64,000 nt of DNA from Alphaproteobacteria bacterium (GTDB taxonomy: Bacteria; Pseudomonadota; Alphaproteobacteria; Bin95). Below the pieces are notes generated by a model. The model was not told where the DNA came from. It ran no database searches and was given only the letters and a program-made list of their open reading frames with translations. Position numbers and translations under genes: made by a program. Location of the stretch: assembly GCA_964291285.2 (NCBI GenBank), contig OZ219785.1, positions 1,056,001 to 1,120,000 on the forward strand, read 5' to 3'. Positions within the stretch are counted from its first letter, which is position 1. The number at the start of each line of letters is the position of its first letter. Of this stretch, positions 50,007 to 59,510 are shown in pieces.

Positions 50007-50501
50007 ATGTTCCTCGACCACTTCAAGACCATGGCCGCCTACAACCGCTGGGCCAACGGGCGGCTCTACGACGCCTGCGCGGACCTCGGCGACGCGGAGC
50101 GCAAGCGGGACCGCGCGGCGTTCTTCGGCTCCATCCACAACACGCTCAACCATATCCTGGTCGGAGACCGCGCCTGGCTCGGGCGTCTCGAAGGGCAGGC
50201 CGACAGCGGAACCCCGCTCGACACCGTGCTGTTCGACGATTTCGACGAGCTGCGCCGCGCGCGCGACGCCGAAGACGACCGCATCGACCGCGTCCTCGCG
50301 GCGATGACCGAGGACCGGCTGGCGGGCGACCTCGCCTACAGCAATCTCGCCGGAACGCCGTTCCGCACCCCGATGCGGCTCGTGTGGACGCACATGTTCA
50401 ACCACGAGACCCATCACCGCGGCCAGGTCCACGACATGCTGAGCCAGGCCGGGGCCGCGCCGCCGGAGCTCGACCTGATCTACTATATCCGCTCGCTCTG
50501 A
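50007..50501 (+). CDS. DinB family protein
   Basis: YNRWANGRLY, FFGSIHNTLNHIL, HMFNHETHHRGQ. Confidence 0.93.
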   Translation: MFLDHFKTMAAYNRWANGRLYDACADLGDAERKRDRAAFFGSIHNTLNHILVGDRAWLGRLEGQADSGTPLDTVLFDDFDELRRARDAEDDRIDRVLAAMTEDRLAGDLAYSNLAGTPFRTPMRLVWTHMFNHETHHRGQVHDMLSQAGAAPPELDLIYYIRSL

Positions 50502-50555
50502 GCGGCGGCGGGCCGGCCTCTCGCACCGGCCGCGGCCGCACCCCATATTCCCCGG

Positions 50556-51527
50556 ATGGGCGATGTCGCGCCATATCTCGGGCCGGAGGAAGCCGACGCG
50601 GCGGTGCGCCGGGCGGTCGCGCGCTATATCCGGCGCCGCCGGCAGATGGCGCCCGGGTTCGTGCGGCGCAATTTCCGCCTGAGGGGAACGCTCGAACTCC
50701 ACCGCCGGGCAATCGGGCGGGACCTGCTGCGCGCGCCCGCCAACCTCGCGCTCGCCGGCCCCAATCTGGCCCTGGAGGGCGCTGCCCGGCTTGCCGAGCG
50801 CGGCGGCTACGAGGCCGCCGCCGCCGGGCTGCGCCGGGGGCGGAAGGTGTTCGTCACCGATGTCGCGCGCGAAATCGAGTGGCGGCTGTTCACCGAGTTG
50901 CTGGAACTGCCCTATGCGCAGCCCGGACGGACCTCGGAGCGGGATGCGCTCGCCGGGGAGATCGCCCGCGATCCCGCGGTGGGCGCCCTTCTGGACCGGC
51001 TTTCCTCCGCCGCCGCCGAGCCGGGCTTCCGGGCCTGGGCGGAACAGGCGGCGGCGAGTTACGGCGAGGCGCGTGTGGCGGTCGCCGAGCTTGCGGCCTC
51101 GCTCGTCTCCGCCGGCATCGGCGCCGCCGCCTTCCGGCAATGGACGCCGGGCGCGCTCTCGCTCGGTCCCGTGGCCGCACAGGCGCTGGCGCAGCAGGCG
51201 GCGATTGCGGGCTTTCCGCTCGGCGCGACCGCCGGCGGGCTCTGGTACGGCCTGTTCCCCGCCAAGGCCTCGACCGCCGCCATCGCCGGGCTCACCGGCG
51301 CGCTGGTGCTGCTGCCGGCCATGCTGACCGCCTTCGCCGGCGTGGCGGCCGACCCCGTGCAGGCGCGCCTCGGGATCCACGACCGCCGGCTCGCCCGCCT
51401 GCTTGACGCGCTCGAAGGCCGCCTGCTGGGCGAGGCCGGCCCCGGCTTCAACCCGCGCGAGCCCTGGGTCGCGCGCATTCTCGACCTCGCGGACCTGCTG
51501 AACCTCGCCCGCCGGGCAACGGGTTAG
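50556..51527 (+). CDS. DUF6635-like membrane protein
   Basis: LHRRAIGRDLLRAPAN, DPVQARLGIHDRRLARLLD. Confidence 0.65.
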   Translation: MGDVAPYLGPEEADAAVRRAVARYIRRRRQMAPGFVRRNFRLRGTLELHRRAIGRDLLRAPANLALAGPNLALEGAARLAERGGYEAAAAGLRRGRKVFVTDVAREIEWRLFTELLELPYAQPGRTSERDALAGEIARDPAVGALLDRLSSAAAEPGFRAWAEQAAASYGEARVAVAELAASLVSAGIGAAAFRQWTPGALSLGPVAAQALAQQAAIAGFPLGATAGGLWYGLFPAKASTAAIAGLTGALVLLPAMLTAFAGVAADPVQARLGIHDRRLARLLDALEGRLLGEAGPGFNPREPWVARILDLADLLNLARRATG

Positions 51528-52534
51528 CCGGGGGCCATGCCCCAGGCGCGGGCGATGAGTTCGTAGCTCCGCCGGCGGACGGTTTCGTCATGCGTCCAGG
51601 TGACGATGGCGATCTCGTCCACGCCGAGCTCCTCGCCGATGGCCGCGATCCGCTCGACCACATGCTCCGCCCGCCCCACGATGGCCTGCTCACGGAAGCG
51701 GGCGAGCCGGGCCGTCTCGCCGTCGCTGTATTCGTAGGCGGCGGCCTTTTCGGCGGACTCCAGCGGCAGGAACACGCCCCGGTCGCGGCCCAGACGCCAG
51801 CGCAGGCGGGGCCCGAAATGGAACTGAGCCTCCTCCTCGCTGTCGGCCGCCAGCGCCCATACGCAGATCGCGGAGTGCGGCTCCGGCCAGTCCGCGCTCG
51901 GCTTGTAATGCTCGCGGTAGAGGCCGAGCGCCTCCCTTGCCCCGCGCCCGTCGGTGAAGAACCAGGCGAAGGCGTAGGGCAGGCCGAACCAGGCCGCCAC
52001 CTGCGCGCCGTAGTTGGACGATCCCAGCAGCCATATCTGGGGCGCGGTGTCGCCCTGCGGGAAGGCGCCGAGCCTGCCGAACGGGTGGCCCTCCGGCAGC
52101 GGCTCGGCCCTGAGCCAGGCCTGGAGGTCGCGGATGTCGGCCGGAAACTCCGCCGGGCGCTCGTTGGCGCGCGGATTGAGGGCGAAGGCGGTCAGCCCGT
52201 CCGAGCCCGGCGCGCGGCCGAGGCCGAGGTCGATGCGCCCCGGCGCCAGCGCGTCCAGCACCCGGAACTGCTCCGCGACCTTGAAGGGCGCATAGTGCGG
52301 CAGCATCACCCCGGCGCTGCCGATGCGGATGCGCGAGGTCCGGGCCGCCATGCCGGCGACCAGGATTTCGGGCGCCGTCCCGACGATGGTCGGGTGGTTG
52401 TGGTGCTCCGAGACCCAGAAGCGGTCATAGCCGAGCCGCTCGCAATGCTCGGCCAGCGCGACGGTGTTGCGGATCGCCTCGCCCTGCGGGCGGCCCTCGG
52501 CGGCGATCGACTGGTCCAGAATGCCGAGACGCAA
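51524..52534 (-). CDS. Luciferase-like (LLM) flavin-dependent oxidoreductase
   Basis: RFWVSEHH, GSAGVMLPHY, RIDLGLGRAPG, WLLGSS. Confidence 0.93.
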   Translation of the reverse strand: MRLGILDQSIAAEGRPQGEAIRNTVALAEHCERLGYDRFWVSEHHNHPTIVGTAPEILVAGMAARTSRIRIGSAGVMLPHYAPFKVAEQFRVLDALAPGRIDLGLGRAPGSDGLTAFALNPRANERPAEFPADIRDLQAWLRAEPLPEGHPFGRLGAFPQGDTAPQIWLLGSSNYGAQVAAWFGLPYAFAWFFTDGRGAREALGLYREHYKPSADWPEPHSAICVWALAADSEEEAQFHFGPRLRWRLGRDRGVFLPLESAEKAAAYEYSDGETARLARFREQAIVGRAEHVVERIAAIGEELGVDEIAIVTWTHDETVRRRSYELIARAWGMAPG

Positions 52535-52537
52535 GGC

Positions 52538-53338
52538 TCAGGCGGGCTCGGCGTCGAGGCGCGCGGCGATGCCCCGGAGCTCCTCGGAGGCCGCCGGGTA
52601 GCGGTGCAGCACACGCGGGTCATGGCCCGGCACCACCCGGTCCGGCGCGCCCGCCAGCGCCTCCAGCCGGTCGAAGCCGGCGAGCAGGTCGGCGACGTTG
52701 TAGACGATCGGGAACGGCCGGCGCTGTTCCAGATTGGCGTAGAAATGCGCCGAGTCCGAGGCCAGCACCACGGGTCCGCGCCGGGTCTCGACGCGCACGC
52801 TCATCAGGCCCTTGGCATGGCCGCCGATATGGTGGACGGAAATGCCGGGTGCGAGCTGCGCGTCGCCGTCATGGAAGGTCAGTTCACCCGCATACAGCTT
52901 GCGCACCATGGTGCAGACATCCTCCACATGGTAGGGCGCCTTTATCACCTCATGGCACATGCAGGGGCCGGTTGCGTATTCCATCTCCTGCGCCTGGAGG
53001 TGGAAGCGGGCATTGGGGAAGTCCGAGAGCGTGCCGGCATGGTCGTAATGCATGTGGGTCACGATCACGTCGCGCACCGCGCCCGCATCGACGCCGACCA
53101 GCGCCAGGCCCTCCTTCGGCAGGCGCTGCAGCTTCCGGTTCCGCTCCGCCGCCGTCTCGTGGTTGAAGCCGGTATCGACGATGAAGGTCCGCGAACGGCC
53201 GACGACGGCCCAGACATAGAAGTCGAGCTGGCCGGACATGTCGTGGGGGTCGCCGCCGATCATGTTCTCGCTCATCGCGCGGTCGGCCACCTCGCCGTAT
53301 TTGACCGCGTAAATCTCGTAGAGATCGCCGTCCTGCAT
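52538..53338 (-). CDS. MBL-fold hydrolase, N-acyl homoserine lactonase-like
   Basis: VDTGF, THMHYDHAG (HxHxDH), GGHAKG, LASDSAH, PGHDP. Confidence 0.88.
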   Translation of the reverse strand: MQDGDLYEIYAVKYGEVADRAMSENMIGGDPHDMSGQLDFYVWAVVGRSRTFIVDTGFNHETAAERNRKLQRLPKEGLALVGVDAGAVRDVIVTHMHYDHAGTLSDFPNARFHLQAQEMEYATGPCMCHEVIKAPYHVEDVCTMVRKLYAGELTFHDGDAQLAPGISVHHIGGHAKGLMSVRVETRRGPVVLASDSAHFYANLEQRRPFPIVYNVADLLAGFDRLEALAGAPDRVVPGHDPRVLHRYPAASEELRGIAARLDAEPA

Positions 53339-53439
53339 GGGTCCGTTCCTCCGCCCCTTACTGCCCCCGCTTGATGGCCGGGCGCCGCGCCCCTGTCAAC
53401 GACCGAGCCCGCCACCGGCAGGCCGCCCTGCTTCCGGAG

Positions 53440-53528
53440 TGTCATGGGATGTCATGTTTTGTCATGAGGCGCGCCCGGCCTCTCTCGCCATATGTTCCGA
53501 TATGTCATGAGATGTCATGTTCTGCATG
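53440..53528 (+). repeat. TGTCATG phased repeats (10-bp period, two blocks)
   Basis: Copies at 53440, 53450, 53460, 53503, 53513; degenerate copies at 53493 and 53523. Confidence 0.85.
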
Positions 53529-53663
53529 CGCAGGGTTCATATGCTGTAGCCGTTTCGGGCATGGAGCTCTCCGCTCTTTGACCTCCTCTCCCGCCGGGCG
53601 GGAGGGGAGGATGTTCCGGACCTGCCGTTTCAACGCGAGCGGGTTGCTTTTTCGCATCCGGTT

Positions 53664-53768
53664 CGTCGCCCCGGACCCCGGTCCGGGGCCCATCTCCAAC
53701 CGTTTCGGTCCGGTGGAGAGGGCGGAGGATGGACCCCGGATCTTCGCTCCGCTCCGTCCGGGGCGACG
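53664..53768. repeat. Degenerate palindromic REP-like pair
   Basis: CGTCGCCCCGGAC...GTCCGGGG arm and inverse GTCCGGGGCGACG. Confidence 0.6.
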
Positions 53769-53820
53769 ATGGGGGGGCTTGCGGACGAGGTCATTTCGGC
53801 CTGCACGGAGCCGGTCCTAC

Positions 53821-55834
53821 CCCGACTTCCGCAACTCGGCTTGAGAATCGACTGATTTGACGGTTTTCCGGCGCGAGAAGTGTCGGATTTCGGTGCAGTA
53901 CCTCTCGGGACCGGCTTGTAGTGCCGACCTACCCCCTTGATCGGGCTGGCGAAGATCCGGACGCTGCGCTGATGTTCGTGCGCTGCAAGAGACGCTTCAA
54001 GGACGGCAAGGAGCACCGCTACTGGAGCGTTGTGGAGAACGTCCGGGTCCACGGCGGTCGGGTTGTTCAGCGTCAGGTGCTCTATCTCGGGGAGATCAAC
54101 GACAGCCAGCGAGCGGCGTGGTGCCGCTCGATCGAGGTGGTGGAGGGCAAGTCGCGATCACGGCAGATGGCGCTGTTTCCCGAGGACCGGGAGGCGCCGG
54201 CGCTGACTTGCGAAGTGGTGAAGATCGACCTCTCGCAGGTGGCGCTTCACGACCCGCGCCAGTGGGGGGCGTGCTGGCTGGCGCTGTCCTTGTGGGACCG
54301 CCTGGACCTGGACCGCTTCTGGGAAGAGCGGCTGCCGGCGAGCCGGCAAGGCACGCGGTGGCTGGACATCCTGAAGATCCAGGTCTGCTACCGGCTGATC
54401 GACCCGGGCAGCGAGTGGCGCCTTCACCGTCACTGGTATGAGCACAGCGCGCTTCGCGATCTTCTGGGTGGCGAGCGGGCGATCGCCGACGACACACTCT
54501 ATCGCTGTCTCGACAAGCTGCTGGCGCACAAGCAGGGCTTCTTCTCGTTTCTGCGCGACCGCTGGGCGACGCTGTTCGAGGCGCGCTTCGACGTGCTGCT
54601 CTACGACCTGACCTCGACCTACTTCGAGAGCGATCCGCCGTTCGATGACAAGCGCCGCTTCGGCTACAGCCGGGACAAGCGGCCCGACTGCGTGCAGGTG
54701 GTGATCGCCCTGATCGTTACGCCGCAGGGCTTTCCGCTGGCCTATGAGGTGATGCCGGGCAACACCTCCGACGACACCACGCTGGCGGCGTTCCTCAAGA
54801 AGATCGAGGATCAGTATGGCCGCTCCGAGCGGGTGTGGATCATGGACCGCGGCATCCCCACCGAGGAGACGCTGGCCGCGATGCGCGAGGGCGAGGCGCC
54901 GGTGCGCTACCTGGTGGGCACGCCCAAGGGCCGGCTGACGCGGCTCGAGAAGGTGTTCCTGGGCCTGCCCTGGCAGGAGGTGCGCCAGTCCGTGACTGTC
55001 AAGCTTCTGGTCGAGGATGGCGAGCTCTACGTCCTGGTGCGCAGCGAGGGGCGGCAGGTGAAGGAACGCGGCATGCGCCGGCGCCGGCTGAAGAGGCTGT
55101 GGCGTCGATTGGCCGAGTTGCAAGGGCAGTCGAACAGCCGGGATCAGTTGTTGCTCAAGCTCGGCGCCGCCAGGAAGGAGGCCGGCCGGGCCTGGAGCCT
55201 GGTCGACATCACCGTGCCCGGGACCGACAGCGAACTCGCCGCCAACGGCTTCTCATTCCGCCTGCAGCGCGACCGGCTGCGCCAGGTCCGCCGCCGCGAG
55301 GGCCGTTACCTGCTGCGATCCAACATGGTCGCCGAAGACCCCGCCACGCTGTGGCATCTGTACATGCAGCTCGTCGAGATCGAGCAGGCGTTCAAGGAAC
55401 TCAAGCACGACCTCGCGATCCGCCCCATCTTCCATCAGCGCCAAGAGCGCATCGAGGCGCATATCTTCGTCTCGTTCATCGCCTACTGCCTGCTGGTGAC
55501 CCTGAAGAACCTCGCCCGGCCGCGCGCCCCGGGCCTCACCCCACGCGCCATCCTTGAGGCCTTCGCCACCATCCAGATGGTGGACGTCCATCTGCCAACC
55601 ACCGACGGCCGGCACCTCGTCCTGCCGCGCCACACCCGGCCGAACAAGGAGCACGAGCTACTGCTGCAACAGCTCGGCATGACCTGGCCGCAGCAACCCG
55701 CACCCCGGATCTCCGCCTGACGGCACACGGCGCCGCCTCTCCGTTCGCCGCCTTGTAGTGCCGACCCTCGGGGAGACGATCAAGGCTATTCAATGAGTTA
55801 GCATCCTCATGACCCCCGAGTTGCGGAAGTCGGG
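53821..55834 (+). mobile_element. IS1634-family insertion sequence
   Basis: Perfect 19-bp terminal inverted repeats CCCGACTTCCGCAACTCGG (53821-53839, 55816-55834) around a DDE transposase. Confidence 0.9.
53972..55720 (+). CDS. IS1634-family transposase
   Basis: LYDLTSTYFE, GYSRDKRPD, IMDRG, IEQAFKELK..L.IRPIFH...RIEAHIF. Confidence 0.93.
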   Translation: MFVRCKRRFKDGKEHRYWSVVENVRVHGGRVVQRQVLYLGEINDSQRAAWCRSIEVVEGKSRSRQMALFPEDREAPALTCEVVKIDLSQVALHDPRQWGACWLALSLWDRLDLDRFWEERLPASRQGTRWLDILKIQVCYRLIDPGSEWRLHRHWYEHSALRDLLGGERAIADDTLYRCLDKLLAHKQGFFSFLRDRWATLFEARFDVLLYDLTSTYFESDPPFDDKRRFGYSRDKRPDCVQVVIALIVTPQGFPLAYEVMPGNTSDDTTLAAFLKKIEDQYGRSERVWIMDRGIPTEETLAAMREGEAPVRYLVGTPKGRLTRLEKVFLGLPWQEVRQSVTVKLLVEDGELYVLVRSEGRQVKERGMRRRRLKRLWRRLAELQGQSNSRDQLLLKLGAARKEAGRAWSLVDITVPGTDSELAANGFSFRLQRDRLRQVRRREGRYLLRSNMVAEDPATLWHLYMQLVEIEQAFKELKHDLAIRPIFHQRQERIEAHIFVSFIAYCLLVTLKNLARPRAPGLTPRAILEAFATIQMVDVHLPTTDGRHLVLPRHTRPNKEHELLLQQLGMTWPQQPAPRISA

Positions 55835-55982
55835 CTAATACCAACGGTCGTTGATTGGAACCTATAGCAGAGCCTCCCTCCGCAGCTCGCCCCCTGAGCC
55901 GAGGCCTCCTACTGCAAGAGGTAATCTCCGCCGAGAGAGGCTAATCGGTTCTTATCTGTGGCCGGTGGTATAAGCTCCCCCG

Positions 55983-57038
55983 ATGGTGGAACTTCGACGG
56001 GGCTGGACGACGGGTGCCTGCGCGGCGGCGGCGGCGCGGGCCGCCTGCGAACGCCTGCTCACGGGACGCCTGCCCGACCCGGTCGCGATAGACCTGCCGC
56101 GCGGTCTGAAAGCCTCCTTCCCGCTTGCCGAGACCGGGGAATGGGTGGGCGTGCGAAAAGACGCCGGCGACGACCCGGACGCGACACACGGCGCCATCGT
56201 GCGCGCCCGCCTGCATCCCGCGCCATCGGGCGCCGGCGTGCGTTTCCGCGCGGGGCCCGGCGTTGGCACCGTCACCCTGCCCGGCCTGCCGCTCGCGGTC
56301 GGCGAGCCCGCGATCAATCCGGGGCCGCGCGCCATCATCGCCGCCAATCTCCGCGCCGTCGCGGACGAATACGGGCTCGGGGCGGACTTCGAGACGGAAA
56401 TCGGCATAGAGGACGGAGAGGCGCTGGCGCTCAGGACAGCCAATGCCCGGCTCGGCATCGCCGGCGGGCTCTCGGTGCTCGGCACGACAGGGGTCGTCAT
56501 CCCCTATTCCTGCGCGGCTTGGATCCATGCGGTGCATCGCGGCGTGGACGTGGCGCGGGCCGCCGGCCTCGACCATGTCGGCGCGGCGACCGGGCGGGGC
56601 TCGGAGGCGGCGCTCCAGGCGCTGCTCGGCCTGCCGGACCACGGCATGATCGACATGGGCGATTTCGCCGGCGCGCTGCTCAAATATCTCCGCCGGCGGC
56701 CGGTGGCGCGGCTCAGCCTCGCGGGCGGTTTCGGCAAGCTCTCCAAGCTCGCGGCGGGGCATCTGGACCTGCACTCCGACCGCTCCGCCGTCGATATCCC
56801 GCGCCTCGCAGCGGATCTGAAGGCGCTCGGCGGGCCGGACGCCAGCGGTGCGCGGAGCGCGGGCGCGGTGCTGGACCTAGCCGGCGGCCTGCCGCTTGCC
56901 CGGCGCATTGCCGAGCAGGCGCGCGAGACCGCGCTTGCCGCGCTCGCCGGCGGCACGCAAGTCGATGTCCGCGTGATCGACCGGCGCGGCCGGGTGATCG
57001 GCGAGGCCGGCGTAGATCGAGGAAGCGGTCTGGAATAA
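55983..57038 (+). CDS. cbiD: Cobalt-precorrin-5B C1-methyltransferase
   Basis: LRRGWTTGACAAAAA, KDAGDDPDATHG, GEPAINPGPR, GGLSVLGTTG. Confidence 0.95.
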   Translation: MVELRRGWTTGACAAAAARAACERLLTGRLPDPVAIDLPRGLKASFPLAETGEWVGVRKDAGDDPDATHGAIVRARLHPAPSGAGVRFRAGPGVGTVTLPGLPLAVGEPAINPGPRAIIAANLRAVADEYGLGADFETEIGIEDGEALALRTANARLGIAGGLSVLGTTGVVIPYSCAAWIHAVHRGVDVARAAGLDHVGAATGRGSEAALQALLGLPDHGMIDMGDFAGALLKYLRRRPVARLSLAGGFGKLSKLAAGHLDLHSDRSAVDIPRLAADLKALGGPDASGARSAGAVLDLAGGLPLARRIAEQARETALAALAGGTQVDVRVIDRRGRVIGEAGVDRGSGLE

Positions 57039-57100
57039 TCGCGGCGGGCGTTATGCCATCCAGCAGCGCACCGCTTCACCGATGGAACCGGTATCGCGTC

Positions 57101-57355
57101 TCAGCGATACACGTCTCTGCGACGGCGCACCCGGATCGCCAGCACGGTGAGTTCCTCCTCCCGGATCTCGTACACGACCCGATACTCGCCGACCCGGATT
57201 CGCCGCAATCCGCGCAGCTCCCCCTTCAGTGTGCTCCCCGTGAACGGGTTCCCGGCAAGGCTGTCGATCGCCTCGGCGAGCCGCGTGCAGGCCGGCCCGG
57301 CGATCCGGGCCAGCTCCCTGGCCGCGCTCCGCTTAATCCTGACCGAGTAGGTCAC
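57101..57355 (-). CDS. RelE/ParE family toxin
   Basis: YSVRIKRSAARELARI...LRRIRVGEYRVVYEI...RRRDVYR. Confidence 0.9.
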   Translation of the reverse strand: MTYSVRIKRSAARELARIAGPACTRLAEAIDSLAGNPFTGSTLKGELRGLRRIRVGEYRVVYEIREEELTVLAIRVRRRRDVYR

Positions 57356-57554
57356 GCCTGACGTCATCCCAGTCGAGCACCGGGTCGCCGGGGTCGCGGA
57401 GTCGGTCTATCGCGACACTCAGGTCGTCGAAGTCCTCAACGTAGCGCTCGATGGCCTGGCGGATCACCTCCGCGCGGGAACGCTTGAGGTCCCGGGCGGC
57501 GTTGTCGAGGGCCCTGACCAGTTCATCGGGAAGCCGCGCTGAAACCTGTGTCAT
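57333..57554 (-). CDS. RHH/CopG antitoxin (RelB-like)
   Basis: VSARLPDELVRALD...RSRAEVIRQAIERYVED; overlaps the toxin start. Confidence 0.88.
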   Translation of the reverse strand: MTQVSARLPDELVRALDNAARDLKRSRAEVIRQAIERYVEDFDDLSVAIDRLRDPGDPVLDWDDVRRDLLGQD

Positions 57555-57579
57555 GGTTTGACTCCGGGTGAAGTCATTC

Positions 57580-57607
57580 AATGTCGAATACATTACTCTA
57601 CTGTCAA
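57580..57607 (-). promoter_or_regulatory. TA promoter/operator candidate
   Basis: Minus-strand TTGACA followed by the palindrome AATGT-N5-ACATT. Confidence 0.5.
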
Positions 57608-57772
57608 GCTGTCGCATAGCCAATTGCGAACGCCTTGACGCCTGCCCCGGTGAGGGTGACATTTCGCATGTGTATTCTCCCGGTTCCAGTCGCGATATTC
57701 GTTCTCCGGTTGCAAGTTTCGAGAGAGAAACGACGCTTTGTCAGATAGTTAGAACCCAAAGGTGCGAGGCCG

Positions 57773-58522
57773 GTGTCTAGGCCCCGCATCCTCATCCTGG
57801 GCGGGACGGGCGAGGGGGCGGCGATTGCGCGGGCGCTGGAGGGAAAGGCCTCGGTCGTGAGTTCCCTTGCGGGCCGGACGCGGCGCCCGGCGGCGCTTGC
57901 GGGCGCGGTCAGGACCGGCGGCTTCGGCGGCGCCGAGGGCCTTGCGCACTATCTCGGCAAGCAGCGCATCGACCGGCTCATAGACGCGACGCACCCCTTT
58001 GCCGCGCGCATCTCCGCCAATGCGCGCGAGGCCGCGGAGCGGGCGGGCGTGCCCCGGCTTGCGGTCGAGCGGCCCATGTGGCGGCGGCAGCCGGGAGACC
58101 GCTGGATTTGCGTGGCCGACGCGGCGGCGGCCGCCCGGGCTTTGCCGGACCTGCCGGACGCGGTGTTCCTGACGCTCGGCCCCGGCGACCTCGACGCCTT
58201 TGCGGGCCTGAGCGGCCGGCGCTTCGTGCTGCGGCGCATCGACCCCGGCCCCTCGCCGCTGGCCGGCGCGGAGGTGGTGCTGGCGCGCGGTCCCTTCGAC
58301 CTCGCAGGGGAACGCAGACTGTTCGAGGACTACGGCATCCGGACGCTGGTGACGCGGGCTTCCGGCGGCGCGGCCACGGAAGCCAAGATCGCCGCTGCGC
58401 GCGAACGCGGCGTTCCGGTCGTGATGATCCGGCGGCCGCCGGCGGAACCGGGCCCGCGCGTTTCCAGTGTCGAAGCGGCCGTCGCGTGGGCGCTCAGCAG
58501 CGCCGGCAGCGGATCTTCTTGA
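57773..58522 (+). CDS. cobK: Precorrin-6A/cobalt-precorrin-6A reductase
   Basis: ILILGGTGEG, RTGGFGG, IDATHPFA..IS, ARGPF, SGG. Confidence 0.94.
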   Translation: MSRPRILILGGTGEGAAIARALEGKASVVSSLAGRTRRPAALAGAVRTGGFGGAEGLAHYLGKQRIDRLIDATHPFAARISANAREAAERAGVPRLAVERPMWRRQPGDRWICVADAAAAARALPDLPDAVFLTLGPGDLDAFAGLSGRRFVLRRIDPGPSPLAGAEVVLARGPFDLAGERRLFEDYGIRTLVTRASGGAATEAKIAAARERGVPVVMIRRPPAEPGPRVSSVEAAVAWALSSAGSGSS

Positions 58523-58679
58523 ACACCTGGTCGCGGTCGCCGTCCACGGCCAGCCAGTCCAGCAGGCAGCGCAGCGCCTTGCCGCGGTCCGCCAGCCGGT
58601 AGTCCTTCACCGCATCGTCCAGCAGCGTGAGCATGTCGGGGTTCAACTCGACCTCGACCGTCACCTTGTCACCGGCCAT
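58494..58679 (-). CDS. Small RHH-like protein with terminal CxxC
   Basis: 61 aa; GKALRCLLD...KKIRCRRC; RBS-like GGAAGG upstream. Confidence 0.6.
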   Translation of the reverse strand: MAGDKVTVEVELNPDMLTLLDDAVKDYRLADRGKALRCLLDWLAVDGDRDQVFKKIRCRRC

Positions 58680-58694
58680 CGCCTTCCGCCTCCG

Positions 58695-58826
58695 TTAGAG
58701 CAGCGTTGCCGCCAGAATGACCAGCAGGAGGATCACCCCGCCCGTGGACCAGCCGAGGAACCTGCAGAAACCGCCCCAGATATGCTGGTGGCGCGCCTCT
58801 TCCGCCGCCGCATTGTATTCCGCCAT
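58695..58826 (-). CDS. aa3-type cytochrome c oxidase subunit IV-like small membrane protein
   Basis: Manual translation MAEYNAAAEEARHQHIWGGFCRFLGWSTGGVILLLVILAATLL; GGAGG RBS; below the ORF-track length cutoff. Confidence 0.7.
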   Translation of the reverse strand: MAEYNAAAEEARHQHIWGGFCRFLGWSTGGVILLLVILAATLL

Positions 58827-58886
58827 CGGACGCAAACCTCCCCCAAGAGACAAGCCGGCGGCACTATAGCCGGACGCCTGTTGCCC

Positions 58887-59510
58887 TCACTGCGACGGAT
58901 TGACCGGCGGACGGTCCGAATCGGCCGCAATGACCCGCTCGTTCACCACTTTCACGCGGCCTTCCGCGATCCAGCCGACCGCCATCGGCAACACCCGGTG
59001 CTCACGCGCAAGCACGCGGGCGGCCAGTGTCTCTTCCGTGTCGTCGGGACTCACCGGCACGGCCGCCTGGAGGATGATCGGGCCGGCGTCGAGCTCGGCG
59101 CGCACGAAATGCACCGTGCAGCCGTGCCAGCGCACGCCGGCTTCCAGGGCGCGCCTGTGCGTGTCGAGGCCCCGGAAGGCCGGCAGCAGCGAGGGGTGGA
59201 TATTGACGGACCGGTCGCGCCAGCGGGCTACAAATTCCGGCCCCAGCACGCGCATGAAGCCCGCCAGAACGACGAGCCCGATATCCGCCGCCCGGAGCGC
59301 CGTATCCAGCGCCTCCTCGAAGGCCGCCCGGTCGGCGAAATCGCCGTGCGGCACCGTCAGGGCGGGCACGCCGGCGGCTTCGGCCCGCGCGAGACCCGGG
59401 GCGCCGGGGACGTTCGAAACCGCGAGCGCGACCTTCCACGAGGCGGCGCCGGCGTCCAGCAGCGCCTGGAGATTGCTGCCCCGGCCGGACAGCAGCACGC
59501 CGACCCTCAC
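58887..59510 (-). CDS. purN: Phosphoribosylglycinamide formyltransferase
   Basis: [32 protein letters not shown]...LDAGPII. Confidence 0.96.
   Translation of the reverse strand: MRVGVLLSGRGSNLQALLDAGAASWKVALAVSNVPGAPGLARAEAAGVPALTVPHGDFADRAAFEEALDTALRAADIGLVVLAGFMRVLGPEFVARWRDRSVNIHPSLLPAFRGLDTHRRALEAGVRWHGCTVHFVRAELDAGPIILQAAVPVSPDDTEETLAARVLAREHRVLPMAVGWIAEGRVKVVNERVIAADSDRPPVNPSQ

Noticed and set aside
52538-53338. Quorum-quenching system
   Set aside because: Membership of the MBL lactonase family does not establish AHL specificity, and no luxI/luxR genes are nearby.
53360-53375. ACTGCCCCCGC resembling part of a cobalamin riboswitch
   Set aside because: The other conserved elements (GGGAA, the following AACTG, the 3' B12 box) are absent, and it is not upstream of a cob gene.
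55835-55862. CTAATACCAACGGTCGTTGATT as the end of a second IS adjacent to IS1634
   Set aside because: No matching inverted partner or transposase was found in the window.
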